Shown here piece by piece: positions 49,589 to 61,495 of a DNA stretch of 64,000 nucleotides. Source of the DNA: Chiloscyllium plagiosum (taxonomy: Eukaryota); the NCBI RefSeq assembly GCF_004010195.1, contig NC_057728.1:53011723-53075722 (forward strand), given 5' to 3'. Below the pieces are notes generated by a model. It was not told where the DNA came from and ran no database searches. It was given only the letters and a program-made list of their open reading frames with translations. Within the stretch, counting starts at the first letter, position 1; each line of letters starts with the position of its first letter. The translations under genes were made by a program, and so were the position numbers.

Positions 49589-50619
49589 CAGCTACACCAC
49601 ACAGACTGCAGCAGTTCAAAAAAGACAGCTCTTAGCCACCTTCCCAAGGGACGTTAGGGACGGACAGTAAATGCTGACTTAGCCAAGAATTCCCAAACTC
49701 AGTGAAATAATAAAATAAACAAAAATCCACAGTTACAGGTTTATCTACAAGTAAATGTACACAAATAATCAAAGCTATTTCACTGCTCTCTCTCGCGAGA
49801 AATTATTTTGAGAGAAAAAAATAGAATGAGATCAGAATATTTCCATTTGTTAGTTGTCATCATTATTATCTTTAATCCGAAACTTTAAAAGGATTCAAAG
49901 TTTTGCTGAACAGCTTTTTAATTATAATTTGGTTTCTAGGGAAACGCAAATCTCTAATCCTCCAGGGTTGTTGAACACTATTGTGTCATTGCCATCCTGG
50001 CTTCAGTTCTACAGTGAGAGAAGTAATCAGGCCTTTCAAACATCGGGAAGGTGATAAGCGATACTGAACTCCATTGAATTCATTGAATCAAATATACAGG
50101 CGGATTTAAGATTATACACAAGTCAGTTGTGAGAGTAGGAGTTGCTCAGTACACCAGCTGTAACACTTCTAATTATAAGCCAGTTTCTTTCAATCCCCTC
50201 TGACAGTGTTTTTTGAGATGATTCATTTCTTGGGGTAGGAACGCATGCTTTCATGTGCATTTCCATATCCTGTTATGTTTGTTTCAGGAGCTACTCAGCT
50301 TTTGAAGTGGGTTTTAAGAGGCAGCTTTCTTATCTTGCCTTCCTTTTCCGCCATTCATTTCTTACATTTCTCCCACTTCTTACAGGATCTCCAATCTGCT
50401 CTGCAAGATTTGTAAAGAGCAGAGTTTGAACAAATTTCACCTGTAGCTAAGACTATCTGCTGTTGAAGTGAGGTGAAAAGGGCTAATGTTAAACCCCAAT
50501 ACTCTAAATTATTGTCCAGGTGTGGACACTGACTTTTTTTTAATTTATTGCACACTGAGTAATAAATAATATTCCATCTTTTAAGATAATGATTTGTGCC
50601 ATGCTGGTCAGCTCTGTGT

Positions 50620-51330
50620 TAACTATTGCTTGGTGTGGTTCAGAAGCCCCATTCTAATGTGACAGTCTCTGCCACATCTGCTGCAGAGAAAGATTGTGGA
50701 CTGAGAAAGTACTCCATTTGTTGCCTCTGTTTCTCTGTACCCCTTCTCACCAGCTGAGCTCCTCATTTCTGCTCGCCTCTTCCAATGCCCTTTCAAACAG
50801 TCAGCCTCTAGAGGGTCAGTGACTTGGTCTCTCAATTGTCAATGTATACGAATCCTCATATCTGACTTGTAGCGGATGGCTGTATACCCAGGAGGTTATG
50901 ACCCAGTGGCCAGGCCTCCACACAGAAAGTCCTTCGATAAACATCCATCATCCAGCCAACAAATATAACTGAGCCAGTGCGGATGTCATTAGTTGAGTCA
51001 TGAATGTGTGCTGATGGAATTAGCACAGTCCAGGAGTCGATGACTAGGTCGTGCAAAGAAATGCTGAAGTTAGGTCTGAGACAGCAAACGTGGAAGCTGT
51101 TCAGTCTTTTCTCCCACCTAGCACATGTTGCCTACATCTCACACGATAGAGGAATGTACTGAGGAGGAAGGACTGGTAGAATTGTAATCTGACCTACATC
51201 AAGTTGCTCTGGTTCCACACTCTCCATCTCTCGGGCAAGCATCTAAGTAGTGGCTGTGTTGCTGGTGAGTGTGGAGTCTCGATATGTGAAGCTAACAACC
51301 ACCTTAGCATCACATGATCAATATTGATAG
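50620..51330 (-). mobile_element. RTE-clade (BovB-like) LINE remnant
   Basis: C-terminal FLCSRCGRDCHIRMGLLNHTKQ (CxxC..H zinc finger), LDDGCLSKDFL (RMxDGRIPKxLL) and FTYRDSTLTSN (FxYLGS). Confidence 0.75.
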
Positions 51331-51774
51331 ATTATGGTATCAGAACACCCACGCCCATGGTATTTGTCCTCCTGATGCTGATGGTCAAACCAAACTCTTT
51401 ACGACAGAGAGAATTTGTCCATTTGCTGCTGAAGGTGTTCTTCAGTGTGGAATACTGATGTTTTATGCTGTAACTTTTCTATGGTTTCAGTGGTAGCTAC
51501 GTTTAATACAATACAGATTTTACACTGCGAGATAGCAGGATAGATGTTCTACCCATTCATTGGACACTAAGCAGCTGAACACGTCCTATCTGCCTTGTTG
51601 GATGTAATGGATGCTGGTGTCCAGAGTATAAGCCAGGTGTAATTTATTTCCATGAAACATGCATATGTCTCACAGGGGCTTTTTTCTAATTCGTGATACA
51701 GTTATGAACCCAGATACTATAACTACTAGACAAGCCAGATCCTAGACTGAAATCTGGATTATGATCCCCTATTC

Positions 51775-52425
51775 AGCATCCTTGAGGTTACCATTGACCA
51801 GAAACTCAACTGGATTTGCTGCATAAACACAACTGCAAGAAGAGCAAGTCAGAAGCTAGGAATACTGCAGAAAGTAACTCACCTCTGACTTCCTAAAGCC
51901 TGTCCACCATTTACAAGGCACAAGTCAGGAGTGTGATGGAATACTCCCCACTTGCCTGAATGGATGCAGCTCCAACAACACTCAAGAAGCTTGACACCAT
52001 CCAGGACAAAGCAGCCCGCTTAATTGGCACCGCACCCACAAATATCCACACCCTCCGTCACAGATGCTGAGTAGCAGCAGTTTGTACTATCTACAAGATG
52101 CACTGCAGAAATTCCCCAAAGGCCCTTAGACGGCACCTTCCAAAGTCCTGACCACATCCACCGAGATGGACAAGGACAGCGGTTACGTGGGAACACCATC
52201 ATCTGCAAGTTCCCCTCCAAACCATTCACCAATCTGACTTGGAAATATATTGCTGTTCCTTCAGTGTCACTGGGTCAAAATCCTGAAATTCCCTCCCTAA
52301 CAGCAATGTGAGTCTACAGCACATGGATTGTAGTAGTTCAAGATAACAGCTCACCACCACCTTCTCAAGGACAATTCAGGACAGGGAATAAATGCTGGTA
52401 ATCGCGCGAGTGAATAATAAAAATG
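51775..52425 (+). mobile_element. CR1-group LINE family B 3' end, young
   Basis: LSTIYKAQVRSVMEYSPLA*MDAAPTTLKKLDTIQDKAARLIG; tail GGGAATAAATGCTGG..GTGAATAATAAAAA. Confidence 0.88.
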
Positions 52426-53099
52426 ATATAAATGATATATTTTGTTGCTTTTTATTTAATAAGACTGTCCTTCATTGGCAATATAAGCATGCAGTGCTGT
52501 GGAGTGGTTTTGACAATAATACAGAAGTTTACTAAACAAAAGAAATGAAGGTAAAATAGAACAAATCAAACTATTTACAAATAACATAATTTGAAAGATT
52601 TCAAATTATATGGAAAAATATAATCCAATCTTAACCCAACACCATCACTTTACTGCAGTCAAATACCAGATAGAGTTCCCTTCTCTATCACATCTGTAGT
52701 TTTACCTTAGTTGTTTCCTTCGAATCGTGGTCTTGAGAGCTTGATAGCTTCTTCATTGATAACTCACACAACTGATCTTAAACTTTTTTAGCTTCAACTT
52801 GCTAACCAAACACTTGTGATCTGGAATTTTCAAATTCAAACTATTACAATAAGGTAACCTATTTCACAACTGTTCCGAACTAACTCCTTCCTCCAAATTC
52901 TTACATCCGACTTCAGCTAGGGATTCTGTGCATGTTCCTAAAAACTTCACTTCCTGATTCTGCTAAATCAAAATCATGCTAATGCCTTTCAATCTGTGCT
53001 CTTTTTGGTCGTAAAACTCTCACAATACAATACACCTTCTGCCTGACAAATACTGGTTTGAAAATTATGATTCCAGAAAGACTGACAAGGTAATTATTA

Positions 53100-53275
53100 G
53101 AGCTGAAAATGTGTTGCTGGAAAAGCGCAGCAGGTCAGGCAGCATCCAAGGAACAGGAGAATCGACGTTTTGGGCATAAGCCCTGTTCCTTGGATGCTGC
53201 CTGACCTGCTGCGCTTTTCCAGCAACACATTTTCAGCTCTGATCTCCAGCATCTGCAGCCCTCACTTTCTCCTCG
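53100..53275. mobile_element. Palindromic PLE-derived insertion (family 1 variant)
   Basis: 13-bp TSD AAGGTAATTATTA at 53087-53099 and 53276-53288; near-perfect arms GAGCTGAAAATGTGTTGCTGGAAAAGCGCAGCAGGTCAGGCAGCATCCAAGGAACAGG and its reverse complement. Confidence 0.92.
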
Positions 53276-54144
53276 AAGGTAATTATTAAAACCCCTCACA
53301 TATATATTGACCAAAACTTGCATGCCTCCAGTTCAAAATCCAAACTTTGAAATAAATAATATAAATTACATACTTTAAACATAATATCTCTGTGCTTCAT
53401 TTGCCCTGAGCTCATAACATGGCAGGAACATGGTCACTACTTAATGCTGAGGTAGTGAGCAGGCGGATCAGGCAATACTTTTCTGATCTGACATCAAATG
53501 AAGGTAGGATGTTTCCCTTGCCCCAGTGGCTACTCAGCATCTCTCCGATCGATCACACCAAACTGACCCAAGCCCTATGTCCCATCTTTCCCACCTTCCT
53601 CACCTACCGAGTAGCTGCAGTGATGCTTTCAATGGCGCATTCCTCAATTTGGATTTGCTAGTGACTCAGTGTAACTTGTTGTGTCTTTGGAAATGAGCCA
53701 AAGCCCAATGGGTGGCTTGTGGTGGGCCTCACCATCAGGCTGAACCTTACACACATTGTTCTAAGGTTTAATGGCTACAAATTATCACCTGAGTCTCACC
53801 CACAGATTTATAAAGTAGCCATGTGGTCTTAAAACAGGAAAAATTGTGAAGAGATTTGACAGATCCCCTGCTATTAAATAGCCTTTGCAGCTACCCAGAG
53901 AAACTGCTGTACATACTATTAAACAACCAGGCTCTGATTTGTAAAGCAATTACATTAGAGATGGTAATTACGGTTACTTTCTTACATAAAGCTTCCTATT
54001 ACCTGACTGATACCATGTTGCTGCTTATGATGGGGAAGTCAATTTGTAATGAATTTAAAGCAACTCACAGGAGTTTATTGAGAATTCAATGGGGTAAGTG
54101 ATTGTCAAAAGGTGAATCACATTCCACTGGGGAGTTGACATCTA

Positions 54145-54505
54145 TGGACCAACCAAATGGCTCTGCCTCCTCTAAGTTAGAAGGTTGTAAATTCAAACGC
54201 CACTCCAGCTGCATGAACATGCAATTGAGAATGGTACTGCAGTACTGATGGAAATGAAGCTACCAACTAAAGACCTACCTGCCCACTTTGCTGAATATAA
54301 AATTCCTCATGAGACTATTTCAAAAATGTGTTATGGGCCAATATTTATTCCCCCAACCAACATCAGTAAAAAGCAAATGGTTAAATCATTGTTGTCGGAG
54401 GTTGATATGTGAGTGTTTCCTACAACAGTGAACAGACTCCACGGGCTGTCAAATGCTTTGGGACATGCTGAGGTAATGAAAAGTATAGTTTCTATGCATT
54501 TCCTT
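54145..54505 (+). mobile_element. Deu-domain SINE, degenerate
   Basis: AATTCAAACGCCACTCCAG..GCAGTACTGATGG..GGCCAATATTTATTCCCCCAACCAACATCA..TGCTTTGGGAC. Confidence 0.6.
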
Positions 54506-56959
54506 CTTCCCAATAAAGGAAAAATGACAGAAAGAAGCTCAGGGGTGGAGGAGTTTAGTTGATTCTTTATTTTGGAAACTGAGGAAAGATAATCCCTAGG
54601 AAACACAAATGCAGCGACAACAATAAGAAGCTGTTCATCCAGAGCCTTTAAAGTAATAAGAAGCTTCAGGATATCAAATCAGACAAATGTGCCGAGCAAC
54701 ATGAAGAGATATTATAAACAGATAGCCAAAGGTCTGATCAAAGAGATAGTCTTTAAGGATGCTGGAGCATAGACAGGTCAAGAGGTTTCAGGACAGAATT
54801 CAAAAGTTAGGGCCTTGATAATTCAAGGCAAGGCTGCCAGTGGAGGAATGATTAAAATTAAGGTTGCATAAAAGGCCAGTGCAAAGCAACAATAAATGTA
54901 AGGAGTGACCCACTCATGCATCTCCTTAATACAAAATCAAAATTGTCTGATCCTTGGCCAGTGCTTTGAGTAGATGGATCTGTGGGAGTCGAGCAAACGC
55001 CAAAATACTTGACTTTTATTTTGTATCAGACTTTGACTTGGAAAATCTTTCTTGCGAAACTTTGATTCCCTTTCATCATTAAGACTGACCTTGAAATGAC
55101 TCCTGAAAAGAAAGCCCATAGTGTTTTTGAGACATTTATCTCACATGATGTGAGCCTGTCACGGCCACTTACTGATCTCTGTTCCAACAGGAAAGACAGA
55201 CTGAAACCCATAAGGTTCCTGCTGGCTTGAAATGAAAACTGTGCAAGTAACAGTTTGGGACTCAGAAGTTAGAGGAGTTCATTACAGGAGGTGACACTAG
55301 TTTACACTATCTTACATAGATTGTACAATACATAAATAGGCCATTTGGCCCTTCCAGAACATAACTGCTCATAAAAAGGAAAAGCTATATTATTTATCGC
55401 CTGTTTTAATGATGATGTTGAATGTTAGTGAGTCGCCAGCGAGTAGCCAGCCATGTTTTACATCTCTCCTCAAATGTTATTTCCATTGACTTGTACCATG
55501 CTTCTCCTAGGGTTTTCTCAGGGCTGCACCTGTCTGATTCTGGGAGATATTGAGTTAACACTCAGCAGAGATGCTCTCACTGCAGTTGGGAGATAGAGGT
55601 TCCAAAGCAGAGGTGCGCCTGGAGGGAACAGGTGCTCTTCCTTGTGAAGCTATTGTCTAGAGAAAGCTCTTTACATGACTGCACTTAGGTAGCTAATGGG
55701 AATTGCTGCAAACTCTTCAATAGGCCCTACACAGGTATCATGAGAAACCATGTGGTGAATAATTTTCCCAGGCCAACAGAGATGGCTCAGAGGAGATGGA
55801 ATGTTTGGAGAGGAACGTGTAGAAATTCTGCCTGAGTCACATCAGTCTGGCCCTGTGATATGATCCTGTCTTTGTGTGCTTTGCCTGCCGGGGTTTAGAA
55901 CAATCAGTCCCCGTTCTGGCAACGAAGATGACATTCTCCCAAGAGCAAATGGGTCCCTCGCGGTGTCAGGATTTCAGAATTACTGCAGCTTCACAACAGG
56001 AGGTTCAGAACGGAACACATTTGAGATCTACCATCAATTTCCGACAGCCAAGTGCTCTGATCTCCCCAGGCAGAGGCTTGCTGGATACTGAGGCCGTTAT
56101 TACTGTAGTTCTTGTTGCAAACAGCCTTTCTTGTTCTCCCATTCATAAACCTCCAGACATTTCTGATGCTCCTGTTGCTGAACCCCCTCCTAAGCTGTGC
56201 TTGCATAGATCAGGGCCTCGCTGGTTGGACCTCCCAATGTTGCAATCCAGTGACCATCCCAAATTGAACAGGGCTCCTGGAGGTGGCTTCTCAATTAATC
56301 ACTTCTTGGGAATATCCTGCCATGGTCAATTCTGGGCTCCCAACACAGGATAGGGACAATGCCAAGATAGCGTATGTACACTGTGGCCTCCAGTGTACAT
56401 ATGCATGTACTGTATTTGTTTTTGTATGTGTACACTTCAGTGTGTGTGTAAATGTAATGTATTTGTGTTTGTATCGGCACCCTCTAGTGTGTTTGTATAT
56501 CTGGACTGTGTTTATATCTGAATCTGTATATTATGATGTATATGTATATCAGTGCTATATTTGTATCCATATCGGTTCACTCTAGTGGAATGTATGTAGA
56601 TCTGTATTGTATTTGAAAATATATCAGCCCACTGTAGAATGTGCATGGGCTTCTGTACTGTTTTTATAATCTTCTGTTGTTTCTTGGGCCAGGTGGTGCG
56701 AATGATGCAATTGTGCTGGACAATATTTGCAGCCTGTTTGTTTATCTGTAAGAAGAGCGAGGAGCATATGGCACAATGCTGGACAATACAGCTTCAACAT
56801 AGGGGAGCAATGCTGCACTGGAGGGAAGCCCAGAAATCTCCAAGCCTCAATTTGTCTTAATGAGGTGATGCTGTACATCTGTGAGACTCAACCAAACCAA
56901 TTGGAATGTGGCCGGGGTGAGGATTCTGTTGATATCCAGGAGTGTCTAAGAGTGTGAGT

Positions 56960-57150
56960 AAATGAAGAAGGATGGGAGGGAGAGAAAGAGGGACAGGAGA
57001 GGAATAAGAGTGAGAGTGAGAAAGAGGTATGTGGGAAGAGACAGGGAGGATGGAAAAGGGGGAAGAAGAGATGCAGACTGTGTGAGGGAGAAAGGAAGAT
57101 TAGGAAAAAGAGAAAGGCAGAGAAAGAGAAGAGAAGAGGAAGGGGAGAGC
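56960..57150. repeat. GA-rich low-complexity tract
   Basis: Almost purely purine + strand; preceded by a TG/TA-rich tract at about 56370-56620. Confidence 0.8.
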
Positions 57151-57369
57151 AAGACCCATAGGGGCCAGAGGATGCTACAAGATAATGCTCACAACAGCAC
57201 TAACCTCTGCTAAGGGATCTATCTCCTCTTTTTTTGGACACTTTCATAGGTATTTGTTATTTCTGGATGTCTTTACACTTCTGGCTTATTCCCTTTGCTT
57301 TTTGAGTGTGTCCTGCAGGGGGAGAAATGACTCGAGACATTAAGATTTTAAAACAGTATCAATTTTGGG

Positions 57370-58140
57370 TGTCCTTGTGTATGAATCACAAAAGATTCAT
57401 AGGTGCAGTAAGTAGTTAGGAAAGCAAGTACAATGTAATATTATTGTGAGGGGAGTTGAATTCAAAGTACAAAGGTTATGTTTCATTTTCTCCCCCTAAT
57501 CAACTTGTTCAGAGATGTTATTACACATCCCTAGAGTAAGTGCAACTTGAACCCAGACTTCCTAGTCCAGAGGTATGGACGCTACCGCTGGAGGGCCTAG
57601 CCACCTAGTATTCCCAGGCAGCCTCCTATCCAAGTACTAACCAGGACTGAGTCTGGTTACCTTCTGAAATCAGACGAGGTTGGGATTTTCAGACTAGCAG
57701 GACTGAATACAGCGCAATGGTGAGGCCACATCTGGAAGACTGTGTGCAGAATCAATCTCCTGATTTAAGGAAGGATATAAGTGCATTGGAGGCATCAGAG
57801 TTTTGCCAAACGAATACCTGGAGTGGGCAGGTTATCTTATGAGGAAAGGTTGGACAGGCTAGACTTGTATCTGCTGGAGTATCAATGAGTAAGAGGTGAC
57901 TTGATTGAAACATAAAATCTGGAGGGGTGTTGACAGACTGGATGTGGAGAGGATGTTTCCTCTTATGGGAACGTCTAGAACTTGGGGGGGGGGGGGGGGG
58001 TCACTAATTTAAAATCAGGAACCACCCTTTTAAAACAGAGATCACTCTTTTTTTCTCTCTGTGTATTGGGAATCTTTAGAACTCTCTCATGAAAAGGTGT
58101 TTGAAGCAAAGTCTTTGAAAATTTTGAAGGCAGCGGTGGA
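57370..58140 (+). mobile_element. CR1 LINE remnant split by a SINE
   Basis: AAGGTTATGTTTCA|insert|ATACAGCGCAATGGTGAGGCCACATCTGGAAGAC (YSAMVRPHLED); AGAGGTGACTTGATTGAAACAT. Confidence 0.8.
57487..57705 (-). mobile_element. Chimeric 5S rRNA + tRNA-derived SINE
   Basis: 57594-57705 matches the reverse complement of vertebrate 5S rRNA (TATTCCCAGGC..CCAAGTACTAACCAGG..ATCAGACGAG); 57545-57590 minus strand is tRNA-like CAGCGGTAGCGTCC..GGGTTCAAGT. Confidence 0.8.
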
Positions 58141-58219
58141 TAAGGAAATCTCTTAAATTTGTTCCAGTGTCGGGAGATCATTGGTGGTGCATGAACTTGC
58201 AGGGTAAGATTACAGGAAT

Positions 58220-58520
58220 GGGTGGCACAGTGGCACAGTAGCTAGCACTGCTGCCTCACAGCGCCAGAGACCCGGGTTCAATTCCTGCCTCAGGTGACTG
58301 ACTGTGTGGAGTTTGCACATTCTCCCTGTGTCTGCGTGGGTTTCCTCCAGGTGCTCCGGTTTCCTCCCACAGTCCAAAAATATGCAGGTTAGTTGAATTG
58401 GCCAAGCTAAATTGCCCTTAGTGTTAGAGGTAAATGTAGGAGAATGGGTCTGGGTGGGTTGCACATTGGTGTGGACTTGTTAGGCCGAAGGGCCTGTTTC
58501 CACACTGTAACTAATCTAAT
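58220..58520 (+). mobile_element. HE1-type SINE
   Basis: GGGTGGCACAGTGGCACAGTAGCTAGCACTGCTGCCTCACAGCGCCAGAGACCCGGGTTCAATTCC..CCACACTGTAACTAATCTAAT. Confidence 0.93.
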
Positions 58521-58664
58521 TACTTGTGAGTAGATCATGAATGTCCAGCAGAAATTTTAATTAAGTACAGGCAGCTCAGATCCTCGCGATACTTTACTCA
58601 TGCCCAACTGGAAAGCAGATGGGAATCTTTATTTTATAGACCCCACCCTCATCCTATTTAGAGA

Positions 58665-58995
58665 AAGCGACAGTCTATTGGACTGTTAATCCAAAAATCC
58701 CAGGTGATGTTCTGGGGACTTGGATTCAAATCCCATCACAGTAGATGGTGCAATTTGAATTTAGTAAAAATCTAGAATTACAAGTCTAATGATGACCATG
58801 AATCTATTGTTGATTCTCGGAAAAACCCATCTGGTTCACTGATGTCCTTTAGGGAAGGAAACTGCCATCCTTACCTGGTCTGACCTACTTCTGACTCCAG
58901 ACCCACAGCAATGTGTAGACTTTTAACTGCCCTCTGGACAATAAATGTTGGCTTAGTCAGTGATGTCCTCGTACAGTGAATGAATAAACAAAAAC
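58665..58995 (+). mobile_element. SINE family B
   Basis: TCTGGGGACTTGGATTCAAATCCC..AAAAACCCATCTGGTTCACTGATGTCCTTTAGGGAAGGAAACTGCCATCCTTACCTGGTCTG. Confidence 0.82.
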
Positions 58996-59009
58996 ACAGG
59001 GAGAAACAA

Positions 59010-59700
59010 TCTCAAACCTGTTAGACAAGTTCAAGGACTAAGGCTTCTTCAACACTATCTCCAGGGTCCCTCCATCTACCTCGCTCATAGTCACACCCTC
59101 CCATCCCTGACCACTGACAAAATTCAAATATTTAATCTAAGGAGTGTATCTGCTCCTGAAACACAATTTCCAGGTAACTCTCACCCTTCCTGTGTATTGC
59201 AGTACTTATAGCTCAGTCTCTGTCTCATTAATTCTGAGCCAGAGTTCCTCAGACACCCAACACTTGCTCCAGATATGATCATTGTGAACCACAGTGGGGT
59301 CCACCAGCTCCCACATCACACAGGTACAACACATTGCTTGGCCCTGCATCTCTACTTTAATTACTTAGTTCTTAACGTGATTTTTTAAAAAAATCTTATT
59401 GGTCTTCTAGTTGGTAACCTGTAAATATTTTCCTTATTTACTTTCAACTGAAAACAATCTATAATAGATAGTCAAATTAGTAGCCATCACCAACCATATA
59501 CCTTTGATATCACTCTTTTGTGCTGGGCCCCTGATCCTGGGCTTTAATTTATCCTGCTAATAAAAACCTTACAAACTGAACCAACAAAAAAGCAAGCGAT
59601 AAGAACTTTTCTCCTCTGCACTGAATTTCCATGTTGCCTCAATATTCCCCGATCGACATACTCACTTGGACTGTATCTCACTCTGGATGTGAATCGCTCT
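59010..59700 (-). mobile_element. CR1 LINE 5' region (ORF1 N-terminal zinc finger/leucine zipper pseudogene plus 5' UTR)
   Basis: From ATG at 59349 (minus): MQGQAMCCTCVMWELVDPTVVHNDHIWSKCWVSEELWLRINETETEL*, matching CR1 ORF1 CxxC-MWE..(C)xKC..L-x6-L. Confidence 0.7.
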
Positions 59701-61214
59701 TTCCAGACCATGCAAACCTCAGATTCTTAGAGGCTGGGACATGTTGGATGCCAGTCCGTGGGTGTAGGGTGCATTTGGCAGGTGTCCCTGGAGTGTGTTC
59801 TGAGATATTGGTCCCTGCTGTCCAACAAGGAAGTCCTGTGGAGCAAGCAGTGAGCTGAAGTCACCAGCTCCCTGCTCTAGTTTCCAGGATGAGAATTCTC
59901 AATGTCCAGCTTGTTCAGCATATTTTGTAAATTAGGAAGTGAATACTAATTAAGTGGATTATGGCATTAATGAGGCATTTAACAAGCTACAATCCTTCTT
60001 GATTGGCAACTCACTGCTGCCTTGAGAAGCTCGTCTCAGTGCATGGCAAATGCACAAAAGGTGCAGCACATTGCTCGCGATGTTGAGATAGGCCTCACTG
60101 GACTTCTCACATGGTTCTGCCACAAATCTTGCCATAGTCTGTCACGCAGTCCCCTATATGATTTTGCCCAGTGTTAATGTTCAAGGCTCATGGTGACAGC
60201 AGTGTGTACTGTTTATAAGGGCTGCAACAAGTTGATGAGGAACTCTGAAAGCACCTTTCAAACCCACTACTATTACCATTTGGAAGGATAAATGCAGCAG
60301 ATACACAGGACCACCACCTGTAATTTCCCTCAAAGTGGGGTGAATGGCCTATGTCTGCTTCTATTTCTTATGGTCTTATACAAACCATCCAGACCTGCTA
60401 CTGGATCATTGTTTCTTCACTATTTTGGAATTTTTAAAAATTCATTCACAGGATGTGGATGTCACTGGCTGGGCCAGCATATATTGCCCATCTCTAATTG
60501 CTGGGCCAGACCTGGTAAGGAAGGCAGTTTCCTTCCCTAAAGGACATTTGAATAAATCCTGATACTACTTTTTGAACAGCTTTGTGGGTCCACTTACACC
60601 ACATGAACAGAACAGTTCATCTTTTCCAGGGCAGTTAGGGATGGAGAGATAAATGCTGACCTTGCCAGTGATGCTCATGTCCTGAAAACAGGTAGAGAAA
60701 TGATTGCGCGGATATGACACTACAAGGGTCAATGTGCAAAGGTGAGAGGTGAACGCAGGGCAGGGGAATGTGTGGGAAGAGGTGGGAGTGGAAACCAACA
60801 AGGACAATGTCTCAGAGGTGAACCAGGAAGAAGAGATGCAGGAGGAGGACACAGTGGATAAGCACATTGTGTAACGTGAAGAGGTTAATGAGGGCACAGA
60901 GGAATGACAAGACATTGTTCCAGTCACAAAGCTGCTGTTAACTGGAGTGTTCAGCCCCCTGTAAACAGGGCAGAGAGACTGATGACATGTCACAGAGGAT
61001 GAACATGGAGGAAAGGGACACAGAATTATGTGGAAACCTATCTAATGTCCTGAGAACATATACAGGCATGGCTGCTAACCAAATGAACACCCCAAATTTG
61101 CATGTATTTTAGAAACAAATTATTTGTTAGGAGCAACCGATTAAGGTGAAACTCAGTTAAGATTCAGATATGTCATAGACACTAAAAGGAAGAAACAAGT
61201 TTTTCTTGATGTTT

Positions 61215-61495
61215 GCAGGCTGTCTGAGAGTCCAGTCAAAGGACTTTAAGATCTAGATCCTTGTCTTTCTTTAAGATCTGGACATTTCATTTTTTTAATG
61301 AGCTGGATGCTTTTTTCTTTTGACTCTTTTTCTTTTATTTCTGTTTTTTAAAAAAAATTATTGTTGTTTTATTGATTTTTAAAATTATGGTTTTGTAACC
61401 AAGATGATATTGGTGAGTGGTGATTTTGCACACCTTTCGCTGTACTCTTGTATTCCTCCAATTGAGTACATGTGACAATAAAATGTAATTCTAAT
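61215..61495 (+). mobile_element. Probable Rex1/Babar-type 3' end
   Basis: CCTTTCGCTGTACTC..GAGTACATGTGACAATAAAA; related to 5195-5595. Confidence 0.4.

Larger units (their letters stand above)
47065..49720 (+). mobile_element. CR1-group LINE family B, long ORF2 pseudogene with two nested insertions
   Basis: RT motifs AGASQGSVLDLTIFSCFITD..EVFTDDCTMFS at about 48594-48713 (GVPQGSVLGP/FADD); TTYKAQV near 49030; family B tail near 49700. Confidence 0.85.
51698..53386 (-). mobile_element. Probable LTR-like element carrying nested LINE and PLE insertions
   Basis: Start GTTATGAACCCAGATACTATAACTACTAGACAAGCCAGATCC resembles 9961-10010; interrupted at about 51775-52425 and 53100-53275. Confidence 0.4.

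Noticed and set aside
50341-50480. Strong splice acceptor TTCTTACAG at 50385
   Set aside because: The two frames I checked stop early, there is no good donor and the peptide is unrecognisable
56946-57213. Arg/Glu-rich and Leu/Ser-rich ORFs
   Set aside because: Translations of a GA-rich low-complexity tract
57594-57705. Functional 5S rRNA gene
   Set aside because: Many substitutions, no oligo-T terminator, not in a tandem array, fused to a tRNA-like segment inside a LINE
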